Below, piece by piece: positions 48,626-58,739 of a DNA stretch of 62,000 bases. This stretch comes from Chiloscyllium plagiosum (lineage: Eukaryota). Each line of letters begins with the position of its first letter. Within the stretch, counting starts at the first letter, position 1. Where the stretch lies: NCBI RefSeq assembly GCF_004010195.1, contig NC_057759.1, forward strand, positions 5,547,725 to 5,609,724, written 5' to 3'. Both the position numbers and the translations under genes were made by a program. Below the pieces are notes generated by a model. The model had not been told where the DNA came from. It did not search any database and was given only the letters and a program-made list of their open reading frames with translations.

Positions 48626-51600
48626 AAAATCACACAACACCAGGTTATAGTTCAACAGGTTGAATTGGAAGCACACTAGCTTTCGGAGCATCGCTTCTTC
48701 ATTAGGTGGTAGTGGAGGGCTCAATCCTAACACACAGAATTTATAGCAAAAATTTACAGTGTGATGTAATTGAAATTATACATTGAAAAATTAATTGTCT
48801 ATTAAACCTTTCATCTGTTAGCATATCATGATAGTTTCACTTCTTTCATGTGTAAATCACAAAACCTTTTTTTAAAAAAGTTGCATTCTCAGGTTAGCTG
48901 TTAACAATGATGATAGCTCAACAATATGTTGAAGGTGTTAACCCCCTGTATTCTATGCCATGATGTTTAGATTGATTCTAATCTAAAAAGTGAGATAACA
49001 GAGTTTTACATAAATTCATGCAGTTTTTGAGCTCAGAATTCTACATGAATGCATGCAGTTTTTGAGTAAAGTACAATGTAACCTGGCAAGTACAAATTCA
49101 CCCCACAAAATATGTGTGTGCATGTGGGTCTTTGTCTGTTTGTGTGTGTCTGTCTGGGTTGGGGTTGTGAGTGTAAGAAAGTGTGTGTGTAGTGAATGCA
49201 AAGTGTCTTAAGTCTGTGAGGGGTTGCGTGTGGAAGTGTGTGTGGGTGTCTGTGTGCACGTCTGTGTGTATGTGTGTCCATGTGTATGTGTGTATAGGAG
49301 TGAGTGTGTGAGAGTGTTTGTGTGTGTAGGAGTATCTGTGTGTGTGTATAGTGCAATGGTGGTCAACTGTAATGTGACATGAACCCAAGGTCCCAGTTGA
49401 GGCCCTCCCTATGGGTACCGAACTTAGCTATCAGCCTCTGCTCGGCCACTTTTCACTGCTGCTTGTCCCAAAGTCCGCCATGGAGGATGGTCACCCGAAG
49501 GTCCGAGGTCGAATGTCCTGGGCCACTGAAGTGTTCCCCAACTGGAAGGGAACACTCCTGTCTGTGGATGGTTGTGCGATGCCCATTCATCCGTTGTCGT
49601 AGCCTTTCTCAGTTTCCCCAATGTACCATGCCTCTGGGCATCCTTGCCTGCAACGTATAAGATAGACAACGTTGGCTGAGTCACATGAGTACCTGCCATG
49701 TACAAGGTGGGAGGTGTCCCCACGCGTAATAGTAGTATCTATGTCCACACTCTGACACGTCTTGCAGCGCCTACCATGACAGGGTTGTATGGAGTTGTCC
49801 TGAGAGCCGGGCAGTTTGCTACGAATAACAATCTGTTTGAGATTTGGCGGTTGTTTAAAGGCAAGTAGTGGAGGTGTGGGGAAGGTCTTGGTGAGGTGCT
49901 CATCCTCATTGATAATGTAGGTCATGAAGAACATGGCCTAGTTTTTCAGCTCCTGAGAAATACTGAACAACAAAGGATACCCTGTCGGTTGCAGCATGTG
50001 TCTGTCTCCTGAGGAGGTCATTACATTTCCTTGCTGTGGTACGTGGGAACTGGCGGTCGATGAGTTGGGAATCTTACTCCGTTCTTGTGAGGGCATCCCT
50101 GAGTACTTCCAGGTGTCTGTCACGTTGCTCCTCATCTGAGCACATCCGGTGTACGCGCAGGGCTTGTCCATAGGGGATGGCTGTTTTAATATGTTTTGGG
50201 TGGAAGCTGGAGAAATGTAGCATTGTGAGGTTGTATGTGGGTTTGCGGGAGAGTGTGGTGCTGAGGTGTCCATCTTTGATGGAAATGCATGTGTCTAGTA
50301 ATGAGACAGATAGTTGAGAGTAGTCCATGGTGAGTTTGATGGTGGGATGAAACTTGTTGATGTCACTGTGTAATTTTATCAGTGACTCCTCGCCATGGGT
50401 TCAGAGGAAGAAAATGTTGTCAGTCTACCTGGTGTACAATGTTGGTTGGAGATCCTGCATAGAGAAGAAGTCTTGTTCGAACCTGTGCATAAAAATGTTG
50501 TCATATTGGGATGCAAATTTGGTCCCCATGGCTGTTCCATGTGTCTGGGTGAAGAATTGGTTGTCAAAGATGAAGATGTTGTGATCGAGCATAAAGCGGA
50601 TAAGTTGTAGAATGGTGTTTGGAGATTAGCAGTTGTTGGTGCTGAGTACTGAGGCTGTTGCCGCGATGCCATCATTCCGAGGGATGCTGGTGTAGAGTGC
50701 AGAAATGTTGTGACGAGGAATGTTCCTGGTTCGACTGGTCCGTGGGTGCTGAGTTTCTGTAAGAAATCAGTAGTGTCGCGACAGAAGCTGGGGATCCCCT
50801 GTATAATAGGTTTCAAGATGCCTTCCACACAGCCGGAGAGGGTCCCATTGCCCGACACGATGGGACGTCCCGGTGTGTTGGCTTTGTGTACCTTTGGAAG
50901 GCAGTAGAAGCCGCCTACACGAGAAGTACGTGGGATGAGGGCGCGTAGGGACCTCTGAAGGACTGGATCCAAAGTTCTGATCAGTGTGTTTTATTCACGG
51001 GTGTATTCTTTAGTCGGATCAGCTGGTATTGCCTGTAGTGTTCCTGGTTGTTCAGTTGTCGTTACACTTCCTTACAGTAATCTGTTCTATTCTGAATGAC
51101 AATGGCTCCTCCTTTATCTACTGGTTTGATGACAGTGTTGTGATTGGTTTTGAGAGCCTGGATGACATTGTGTTGTGAACGGGTGATGAATCTGGCATTT
51201 ATATATTTCCTGATGGTTTGAGCATACATGTCAAGCCCAGGGCAGTGGCCCTCTGGTGGGGTCGAAGTTGTCACCTTCTTTGGTCTCTCCTCTACAGATC
51301 GCCATGACGACTGTTCGTGTTCATCAGTGGTCTCATTGGGATCACTGCTGGCACCTTGAAACAATTCCCAGAGTCTCATTTGTCTGATGAACTCCTCCGT
51401 GCCTGCTGCAAGAACCAACGGGTCCATTTTGGTGGTGGGGCAGAAGTTGAGACCCCTACTCAGGACTTCAATCTCTTCTGGTCGAAGGGTGTGGTCGAAG
51501 GGTATAAGTTGACAATAGACTTCCCTGCAGTGATAATGTTGTCTACTGTGGTTCCAGGGTGGGCTTTGCAATTACTCGTGAGGATGCCAAGTTTCTCCAG

Positions 51601-51660
51601 TTTTTGTTCTTGGCGTGCATGTACGTGGTGTAGTTTTGTCGCCTTGTCTGACAATGTTGG
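48626..51660 (-). mobile_element. Penelope-like retroelement (RT + GIY-YIG), near full length, disrupted
   Basis: VLSRGLNFCPT, IKPVDKGGAIVI, FYCLPKVHK..PGRPIVS, GTAMGTKFA, YSCDSANVVYLIRC...WYIGET; CA-rich 3' UTR; many frameshifts. Confidence 0.95.
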
Positions 51661-51759
51661 GGAGAAAAGGTTCAGTCCCAGATAAGTTGGGGCGGGAGTG
51701 AGCTGGAGGCGGAGCTGGATGATCAAAGTCATTTCCCTGCTCTGTCTGTCACTCAGTTT

Positions 51760-51883
51760 CCTCTCCGGACCCGCCCCTCACTCTCTGTCAGCTCTTTCTC
51801 AGTCAGGTCGGGTCGGACTGTATAAAAAGGGAAGGGGCGGCAGCTCGGCTCTCATTCGGCAGCGATTGGAGTGAAGAAGCGTG
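51760..51883 (+). promoter_or_regulatory. Histone H4 promoter
   Basis: GC box (CCGCCC ~51771), GGACC element, TATAAAAA at 51821-51828. Confidence 0.75.
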
Positions 51884-51978
51884 ATGTCTGGAAGAGGCAA
51901 AGGAGGTAAAGGCCTGGGAAAAGGCGGAGCGAAGCGGCACCGCCCAGCGAACCCAAAGGCTCTTTTCAGAGCCACCCA
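51884..51978 (+). pseudogene. H4: Histone H4 with internal deletion (only N-terminal 20 codons retained)
   Basis: [20 protein letters not shown] (51884-51943) is joined directly to 3'UTR and the stem-loop; histone fold and stop codon are absent. Confidence 0.93.
51958..51973 (+). terminator. Histone 3' stem-loop (H4)
   Basis: AAA-GGCTCTTTTCAGAGCC-ACCCA with purine-rich HDE-like CAGAGAGCGG downstream. Confidence 0.95.
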
Positions 51979-52919
51979 AACCCTCCGACAGAGAGCGGAG
52001 ACCTGAGGACGGGGAAGGCAGTACACATTGATGGGATTGTTACTGTAGCCGGTTATTTCGCGTTTATCGCGACTTACAATTATTTCAGTTTCGAAAATGT
52101 ACTAATGCCGTGTTCTGAGGTCCGGCAGAGAACATTCGGAGTGGACGGTTCACTTTGTTGCTGTTTACAGTAGCGAATGATTTTAACATTGCAAGTATTC
52201 CCGGTGAATTTATAATTGCAAGTATTCCTACCATGTAGATAAGAGCTATTCGGCCAATCGAGACTCTACTGTCGTGCAACCTGATTATTCCATATAAAGA
52301 ATCGCATCGTGACTTGTAATTGTAAGATATAGCAGCAGCATTAGGCCATTCTGCCCATCCAGCTTCTTCTGCCATTCAAACTTCCCGTACCCTTCGATCC
52401 TCTTTTTTCGTGAATACCTGTCCATCTCAGTAATGATATCAATGTGTACCTGGCTGTCCATTCCATGAGTAATAGTTTGATTTTATTTATTGTGGAATCC
52501 AGACATTTATGTTACATATTACAGTATTTACATTTCCCAGGCATAACACTCTGGGAGACTGCGGATGTGTTATGGGGCGCGTTCTTTCCATCTGCCCGTT
52601 CAGGCAGCGATTACAAATTGTCTTCGGACAAGTAATAATTTGGATGAAATAAAAATGACCGATAAAGTGTGGTTCTGTAATTTTATCGGTGTACACTGTT
52701 TTAACTTTTAAAATGTTTCAATCGGCGGTTTTTCGAATGATTCACGGCGGGTACAGGTTCGGTTGCTCATCCAGAGAGAGCAGGAAGCGATAGGGGACAT
52801 ATTTCTATCGGAAGTTAGTTAAAAACAAACGGAAGGCAGCAGGGGTGATTTTGTGACTAATGAGATCTTCATTCAGGGATTGCGGAAATATAGTAATTAG
52901 AAGAGTGATTTTCACATCA

Positions 52920-53130
52920 AATTTTTGTGTTGGGTTAGATATTTCTCGAAAAAAACCCATCTCCTCATTGACTCCCTTTGCGATAACATGGCTTGTGGTG
53001 AGGTGGAGGTAGGAGGGAAAGGGAATAAATGGCGCCAAGAGATCAACAGCTTATTTTCAAATTTGAAAATGCCCGCCCTCACGTATAAAAGAGCAGGAGG
53101 TTATACAGAGAATGCATGTACACGTTGACT
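52920..53130 (+). promoter_or_regulatory. Orphan histone-type promoter with no intact CDS
   Basis: TGTGTT at ~52926, palindrome TTTTCAAATTTGAAAA 53054-53069, GC box 53072-53078, TATAAAAG 53084. Confidence 0.4.
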
Positions 53131-53634
53131 GGTTTTTTAATTATGAAACCAAACTTTACACAATCTCACTTTACCGCATTCCCTCCTTTTACAGCTGAAA
53201 AATGACTGACTGCTGTTGAACACGCGCTCTCTCCAGAGGCGAGCGAAAATAAGAGTGGGGATGAACCGAGCAGAGAATAAAATGCAGAGGTATATGCTGC
53301 AGCGACAGTGGGAGGATTCAGCTCTTACTGATGCAGTTAAAGGAAATGTGAGGCCAAACTCGATCGGGAACATCCGTGACACTATTCCAAACTCAGAACA
53401 TTGATCAAACAAAGATCACTCAGGCAGTGACCGTGCAATGAGAAATAATGTAGCTCCAGACACCCTTACAATCGTATTCTATATAATCTTCCTCTGCTGC
53501 CAGACAGTAACAGTATCCGATAAAAAATGAGACAGAAATATAGCTTTGCTAGGCATAACGGCCAGGGCTCTACACATTAAAAGGAAATTAATTCAATCCG
53601 ACAGAGTTCACCTCCTTTCACAGATGCTGTGAGT

Positions 53635-53650
53635 GGCTCTTAAAAGAGCC
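53635..53650 (-). terminator. Histone 3' stem-loop (H2A)
   Basis: Minus: AAA-GGCTCTTTTAAGAGCC-ACTCA, then HDE-like GAAAGGAGGTG. Confidence 0.95.
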
Positions 53651-53680
53651 TTTGGGTTGTCAGATTCAAGAACGATCTCT

Positions 53681-54070
53681 TCACTTTTTAGCAGATCCAG
53701 CAGCGGCAGTTTTCTTGGGCAGCAGCACGGCCTGGATATTAGGCAGCACCCCGCCCTGAGCGATGGTCACCCCTCCCAGCAGCTTGTTGAGCTCCTCGTC
53801 GTTGCGCACGGCCAGCTGCAGGTGCCTGGGGATGATGCGGGTCTTCTTGTTGTCCCGGGCCGCGTTACCGGCCAGCTCCAGGATTTCAGCCGTCAGATAC
53901 TCCAGCACCGCAGCCAGATAGACCGGCGCTCCGGCACCCACACGCTCAGCATAGTTACCCTTTCTCAGGAGCCTGTGAACACGGCCCACCGGGAACTGCA
54001 GGCCAGCCCGGGACGACCGAGACTTCGCCTTGGCGCGAGCTTTCCCACCGCCCTTTCCTCTTCCAGACAT
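53681..54070 (-). CDS. H2A: Histone H2A, replication-dependent, 129 aa, intact
   Basis: [40 protein letters not shown]...[15 protein letters not shown]; true ATG at 54070; intronless; TATA ~54127 and several CCAAT boxes upstream; stem-loop downstream. Confidence 0.97.
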   Translation of the reverse strand: MSGRGKGGGKARAKAKSRSSRAGLQFPVGRVHRLLRKGNYAERVGAGAPVYLAAVLEYLTAEILELAGNAARDNKKTRIIPRHLQLAVRNDEELNKLLGGVTIAQGGVLPNIQAVLLPKKTAAAGSAKK

Positions 54071-54109
54071 GTTCACAAACACTTTGACAGAGAATGGTGC
54101 ACTCTGCCC

Positions 54110-54290
54110 ACATTGCGGCCTCTTATACCTTCCGGAGGAATGGTGGGCGACCATTTCTGATTGGTCAGCTCCCAATCAGAAATCTGCCTCTTTCCCCCAA
54201 TCGGGTGAGGGCCCGGGGAGGAGGGCGGAATCGACAGGCGCCAAATCATCAACCGCCTTCTTTCCAATCTGAAAAGCCCGCCAATTTCCA
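54110..54290 (-). promoter_or_regulatory. H2A promoter
   Basis: TATAAGA on minus at ~54127-54121; CCAAT/ATTGG motifs at ~54160, 54172, 54197, 54264 and 54281. Confidence 0.75.
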
Positions 54291-55051
54291 AACAAAGGAG
54301 TATGTTTTCCCTGAAACCTGAAGTGCAAAAACTGAGGAAGTTCAAAAAACATTAATATACATGATAATTTACTTTTAGTTTACAAATGTGTACTTCAAAC
54401 GGTCTTACTCTCCCTCATTTGCCGATCTGTATCTGTCCATTTCTGATCTTGAGAGTGGGTTATTTTCTAAACCTTGAGAAGAAGCTGAAACAAAACAGGC
54501 CAAACACTGCAGTCTGCAACCTGTCTTTTCTTTTCACATTTCAATACCACCCCGATATGCTCATAAACCAGCACACAACATTCTTCCGGCTCAGCATCGA
54601 GGGCGAACACGTTTTTAAAGACGATATTTTAAAGCTGTCGTCCCTCATCGCTCTCGATCGGATTCAGCAAAAACTCCACGTTTCAGCCCGGTAGCTGTGT
54701 TGGTGTTCTCTCGGTTCGGTTGCTTTATTTTGCAGGATGCTTTATTTTGCATTGCGAAAAATCGGATCAAATCCGCGCATTGGAAATGTAAAGTAAATCA
54801 TAAGTAAATGCATCAATCGTGGAACGGAAAGACGTGGGCATTTGTCCGCCAGGGGTGAACAAGCAAGATGAAAAATGACTCACTGGCGCTTGATCTGCTC
54901 TCTCCACCCCACTCCCGAATAATTTGCAAAGCACTTATTAACACAAAAACATATAGCACGAGAAGTTGAAACGCCTGATCAAGAATCACATGGAAACTAA
55001 AACAAAGAACTCTTAAAGAAATGGTTCAGCTGTCTCAGGGATGTTTTCGGT

Positions 55052-55067
55052 AGCTCTTAAAAGAGCC
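55052..55067 (-). terminator. Histone 3' stem-loop (H2B), one substitution
   Basis: Minus: GGCTCTTTTAAGAGCT; the terminal C>T gives a G-U base pair at the stem base. Confidence 0.9.
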
Positions 55068-55480
55068 TTTGGGTTGTGGGTGTGTGTCTCAGTACAATGC
55101 GGTCCTTCACTTGGAGCTGGTGTACTTGGTCACCGCCTTTGTGCCCTCCGACACGGCGTGCTTGGCCAGCTCCCCGGGCAGCAGCAGCCGCACGGCGGTC
55201 TGGATCTCCCGGGAGCTGATGGTGCTGCGCTTGTTGTAATGGGCCAGGCGGGAAGCCTCCCCCGCGATGCGCTCGAAAATATCGTTGACGAACGAGTTCA
55301 TGATGCTCATGGCCTTAGAGGAGATGCCGGTGTCGGGGTGAACCTGCTTCATCACTTTGTAGATGTAGATGGAGTAACTTTCTTTCCTGGACCGACTCCT
55401 CTTCTTATCATCCTTCACTCGCACCTTCTTGATAATTTTCTTCGTGCCCTTCTTGGAGGCGTGCTGTACTTTCTTCTCAT

Positions 55481-55940
55481 TTTTTTTAAATTTCAAAAAT
55501 ATACTTTATTCATAAAATATTTTGATAATCTGTACAATTGGTCATGCCATACATACGAAAACATTCCATTTCTTGGCATACAAAGACAGAATAATCATTC
55601 ATATATACAAGTCTGTATGATTACAACTGCTGAAAATGTGTTGCTGGAAAAGCGCAGCAGGTCAGGCAGCATCCAAGGAGCAGGAGAATCGACGTTTCGG
55701 GCATGAGCTCTTCTTCAGGAATCCTGCTCCTTGGATGCTGGCTGACCTGCTGCGCTTTTCCAGCAACACATTTTCAGCTCCGATCTCAAGCATCTGCAGT
55801 CCTCACTTTCTCCTTTACGATTACTATCCACATATTTAGCAGGGTGATCAGCAGCGCCCCCTTACTACGTCGGACCCCTGTGCTTAGGCATATAGATGCT
55901 ACACGGTGGTCTTTCCCCACCGCGCCTTGGCGGCAGCTGC
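55481..55940 (-). mobile_element. Tx1-like LINE 3' end inserted in H2B
   Basis: Minus reads AAAAKARWGKTTV* (recalled as a Tx1-type ORF2 C-terminus), 3'UTR ending AATAAAGTATATTTTTGAAATTTAAAAAAAA; poly(A) abuts H2B codon 3/4. Confidence 0.75.
55627..55815. mobile_element. Palindromic Penelope-related short element nested in the Tx1 fragment
   Basis: ~55632-55686 and ~55723-55779 are inverted repeats; hammerhead core on minus 55718-55686; TA(T/C)GATTAC on both flanks. Same family at ~43648-43750, 57030-57172 and 59011-59130. Confidence 0.8.
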
Positions 55941-55994
55941 ATCAACCATACCGCCTCTCACTTTCGGACACAGAAAAAGGGAAAGCGGGCTCGG

Positions 55995-56190
55995 AGTTCC
56001 CTCATTATAGACTGACGGCGTCAGCAATGCTAATGAGGGGTAGAGGAAAGCCTGGTTCCTGAATGGGTAGTTTACACAGAGTCATGCCCAAACATTGAGT
56101 CTCTCTGATTGGTTAGTGGAAAGCCTGGTTCTTGATTGGGTAGTTTACACAGAGTCATGCCCAAACATTGAGTCTCTCTGATTGGTTAGT
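55995..56190 (-). promoter_or_regulatory. H2B promoter with octamer variant and 73-bp tandem duplication
   Basis: TATAATGA on minus at 56009-56002, ATGCTAAT(GAGG) 56027-56034 (octamer ATGCAAAT variant), units 56045-56117 and 56118-56190 containing CCAAT boxes. Confidence 0.8.
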
Positions 56191-56782
56191 GAGATCCAAT
56201 GTGGATCTGCAATGAAATGTGAAATGGATAGCGATTCTGTTCTTGTCAGTCTGACTGAGGGAGAATTGTTTTGTGTCTGTGATACAGAAAGTGACTGTGG
56301 TATTGGCTCGGTTGTTGTGCTGATGCGTTTCTAGCTCCGCATGTCTGTTTCTGTTCCTCTGTATAGGCTGGAATTAACACAGAACTTGTCACTGTGTGAA
56401 AAAAAAGCTCTCATCCATTCGAAATTGCGATTACATTTGTTGTCAAGTTACACAAACCACTGGAACCTGACTGAATGTTTTCTATACTTGGGGTTGATGC
56501 AACTCGTTCTCAATTGCACGGAGTTGAAGAGAAATGAAAATAAGATGTTTCTATGTAATACTTTTCTTGAGTCACGAGCTTGACTGCGGGATGAATTATT
56601 TCTGAGATCTTGACTGATAACTGTGGGCCCAGAGACGTATCGATAACTGTGGGCTTTGAAAATACGTGCAGTGTAACTGAACCACGTTGCTGCACTTTTC
56701 AATTAAGCGGCTTGCAGTTTCATGCAGGGATTTATAACATTTCTCAGTCTTCCGCGAACGCCTGTTAACCAGCAACTGTTAG

Positions 56783-56787
<5 letters not shown>

Positions 56788-56820
<33 letters not shown>
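56788..56820. repeat. (TA)n microsatellite
   Basis: Perfect TA run. Confidence 0.95.
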
Positions 56821-56823
<3 letters not shown>

Positions 56824-58339
56824 TCACTTTAACTTTATATCTGTCGTGTCCTAATTTACACATTTTGCATTAACTCAACATTTGTCCAATGAGGCTCTGG
56901 TCCTCCATCTAATAGTCAGTATTATTTCAAGACAAGTTTTATTCTGTTACCATCAAACACTGATCTGAGCGGTAAAACGTTCCACTATTTGCCAGCCACT
57001 TGGAAATATTCCTCCAATCTGTGCCCCCAGGAGAAAGTGAGAACTGCAGATGCTGGGGATCAGAGGCTTATGCCCAAAACGTCGAGATGAAGGGTTTATG
57101 CTTAAAACATCGATTCTCCTGCTCCTCTGACGCTGCCTGACCTGCTGTGCTTTTCCAGCACCACACTCTCGATTCCAATCTGTGCCCGTCTGTTTCTGGG
57201 ATGTATTTTTGTAAACTCTATTTCACAGTCTTAACGTGTCAGTATGTTACTGGACTGTAACTCAAACCTTCTGAAGTGTACCTTATTGCTTTACTCTGTC
57301 AGTGTCAATTTTGAAAGTACCGGATACCACTTTGGACACAGGTAGGACTCACTACCCTCCACTCCCAAACCCTATGAATATCAGCCTCTGTAAATTGAAG
57401 TTGGGTTTGTATTTATAACTGCAGCATTTTGATAAATGATAATACTTTGTACATTGTTACTGACAATATCCGCAATGTCACTGCGGATGTTACATTGTTT
57501 ATGCCAGTTTCTAGCAAATCAACAGTTGTATTATACCCGAACAATTTATTGCTTTGCAGTGACTCAGTATTTCATTCTGTAACTGTCAGTTTATTGTTTC
57601 TAATCTTGTATTTACTCAGTTTCAGTCAATCACTGGCATGACAGAGAGCAAATATATCAACATCTCAAAGTTTCTGATGAAATGGATGGTTAATCTTTTA
57701 TTTCACTCCATCCTTGATACATCAGGGTAACTTATAACTGAATCGATCAGTATATGATCTGTGAGCACACACATATCAGTAAGTTACAGATAAAGTGTAT
57801 GGTGAATGATGCTGCAGATACAGTGTATATGCTGTAGTTATTAATTTCTTTCAATCTTGTGTCACTTGAACTATCTCAGAGCAGACGACCATAAGAAGTA
57901 TGAGAATTCTGTGACAATTCTATCTGCCTGTGTGTACTCTGTCATGAGAACAGATCACAAAGGCTTTAGTTATGGTCTTCATCTCATTTTGATGTTTAGT
58001 GCCCAAAACCAAAGACTCCCTTGTCTATCAATAAAGATAAATGGCTACATTAGCATAAATTAAGCTGATAACTCAACCCTAACTGCTCTCTGTGGATCAG
58101 AAGAAGGGGAGAATGTTCTGCATTGCTTTCTTAGACAGAAGGCTTCCTGTTCACAACTGTGTCCCTTACTCAGGATTCTCTCATGAGCATTGACATACTC
58201 CCAGCATCAACTCTGTCAACTCCCTTCAAATCACTTTTGTTTTCCTCTAAAAGTCATACATTGTTCTTCAAAACTCCAATGAGAATATACCCACCCATTT
58301 TATACATACAATGAGAGCGTATGTATCAATCAGCAGCTC

Positions 58340-58651
58340 TAGATTAGATTACATTACAGTGTGGAAACAGGCCCTTCGGCCCAACAAGTTCACACCGAAC
58401 CGCCGAAGCGCAACCCACCCATACCCCTACATTTACCCCTTACCTAACACTGTGGGTAATTTAGCATGGCCAATTCACCTGAATTGAACATCTTTGGACT
58501 GTGGGAGGAAACCGGAGCACCCGGAGGAAACCCACGCAGACACAGGGAGAACGTGCAAACTTCACACAGTCAGTCGCCTGAGGCGGGAATTGAACCCGGG
58601 TCTCTGGCGCTGTGAGGCAGCAGTGCTAACCACTGTGCCACCGAGCCGCCC
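58340..58651 (-). mobile_element. HE1-type V-SINE, well preserved
   Basis: Minus: GGGCGGCTCGGTGGCACAGTGGTTAGC...GGTTCAATTCC, V-domain, tail GGGCCGAAGGGCCTGTTTCCACAC and (AATCT)n. Confidence 0.93.
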
Positions 58652-58739
58652 AAAGTTTCTGCTATTTGAATATGAGAGTACAGGTATCACCCTCTCTCAA
58701 TAAGATTCTGCTATGTGCATACTTGAGTGAAGTTATCAC

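Larger units (their letters stand above)
55107..55949 (-). pseudogene. H2B: Histone H2B interrupted by a LINE insertion after codon 3
   Basis: ATG GTT GAT at 55949-55941 is separated by ~460 bp from GAG AAG AAA...; the rest is canonical [27 protein letters not shown]...AVTKYTSSK* to 55107. Confidence 0.92.

Noticed and set aside
54071..54175. 35-aa N-terminal extension of H2A in the ORF track
   Set aside because: It starts at a non-ATG codon upstream of the TATA box; the canonical start is 54070.
55415..55480. Alternative-frame Arg-rich peptide [21 protein letters not shown] (protamine-like) in H2B
   Set aside because: Expected by-product of frameshifting Lys-rich AAG codons; lies downstream of other ATGs; no independent support.
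55481..55496. ORF-track H2B start MKFKKN
   Set aside because: Derived from the LINE poly(A) tail with a TTG start; the real ATG is at 55949.
53633..55706. Long + strand ORFs 53633-54160 and 55041-55706
   Set aside because: Antisense shadows of GC-rich histone coding sequence.
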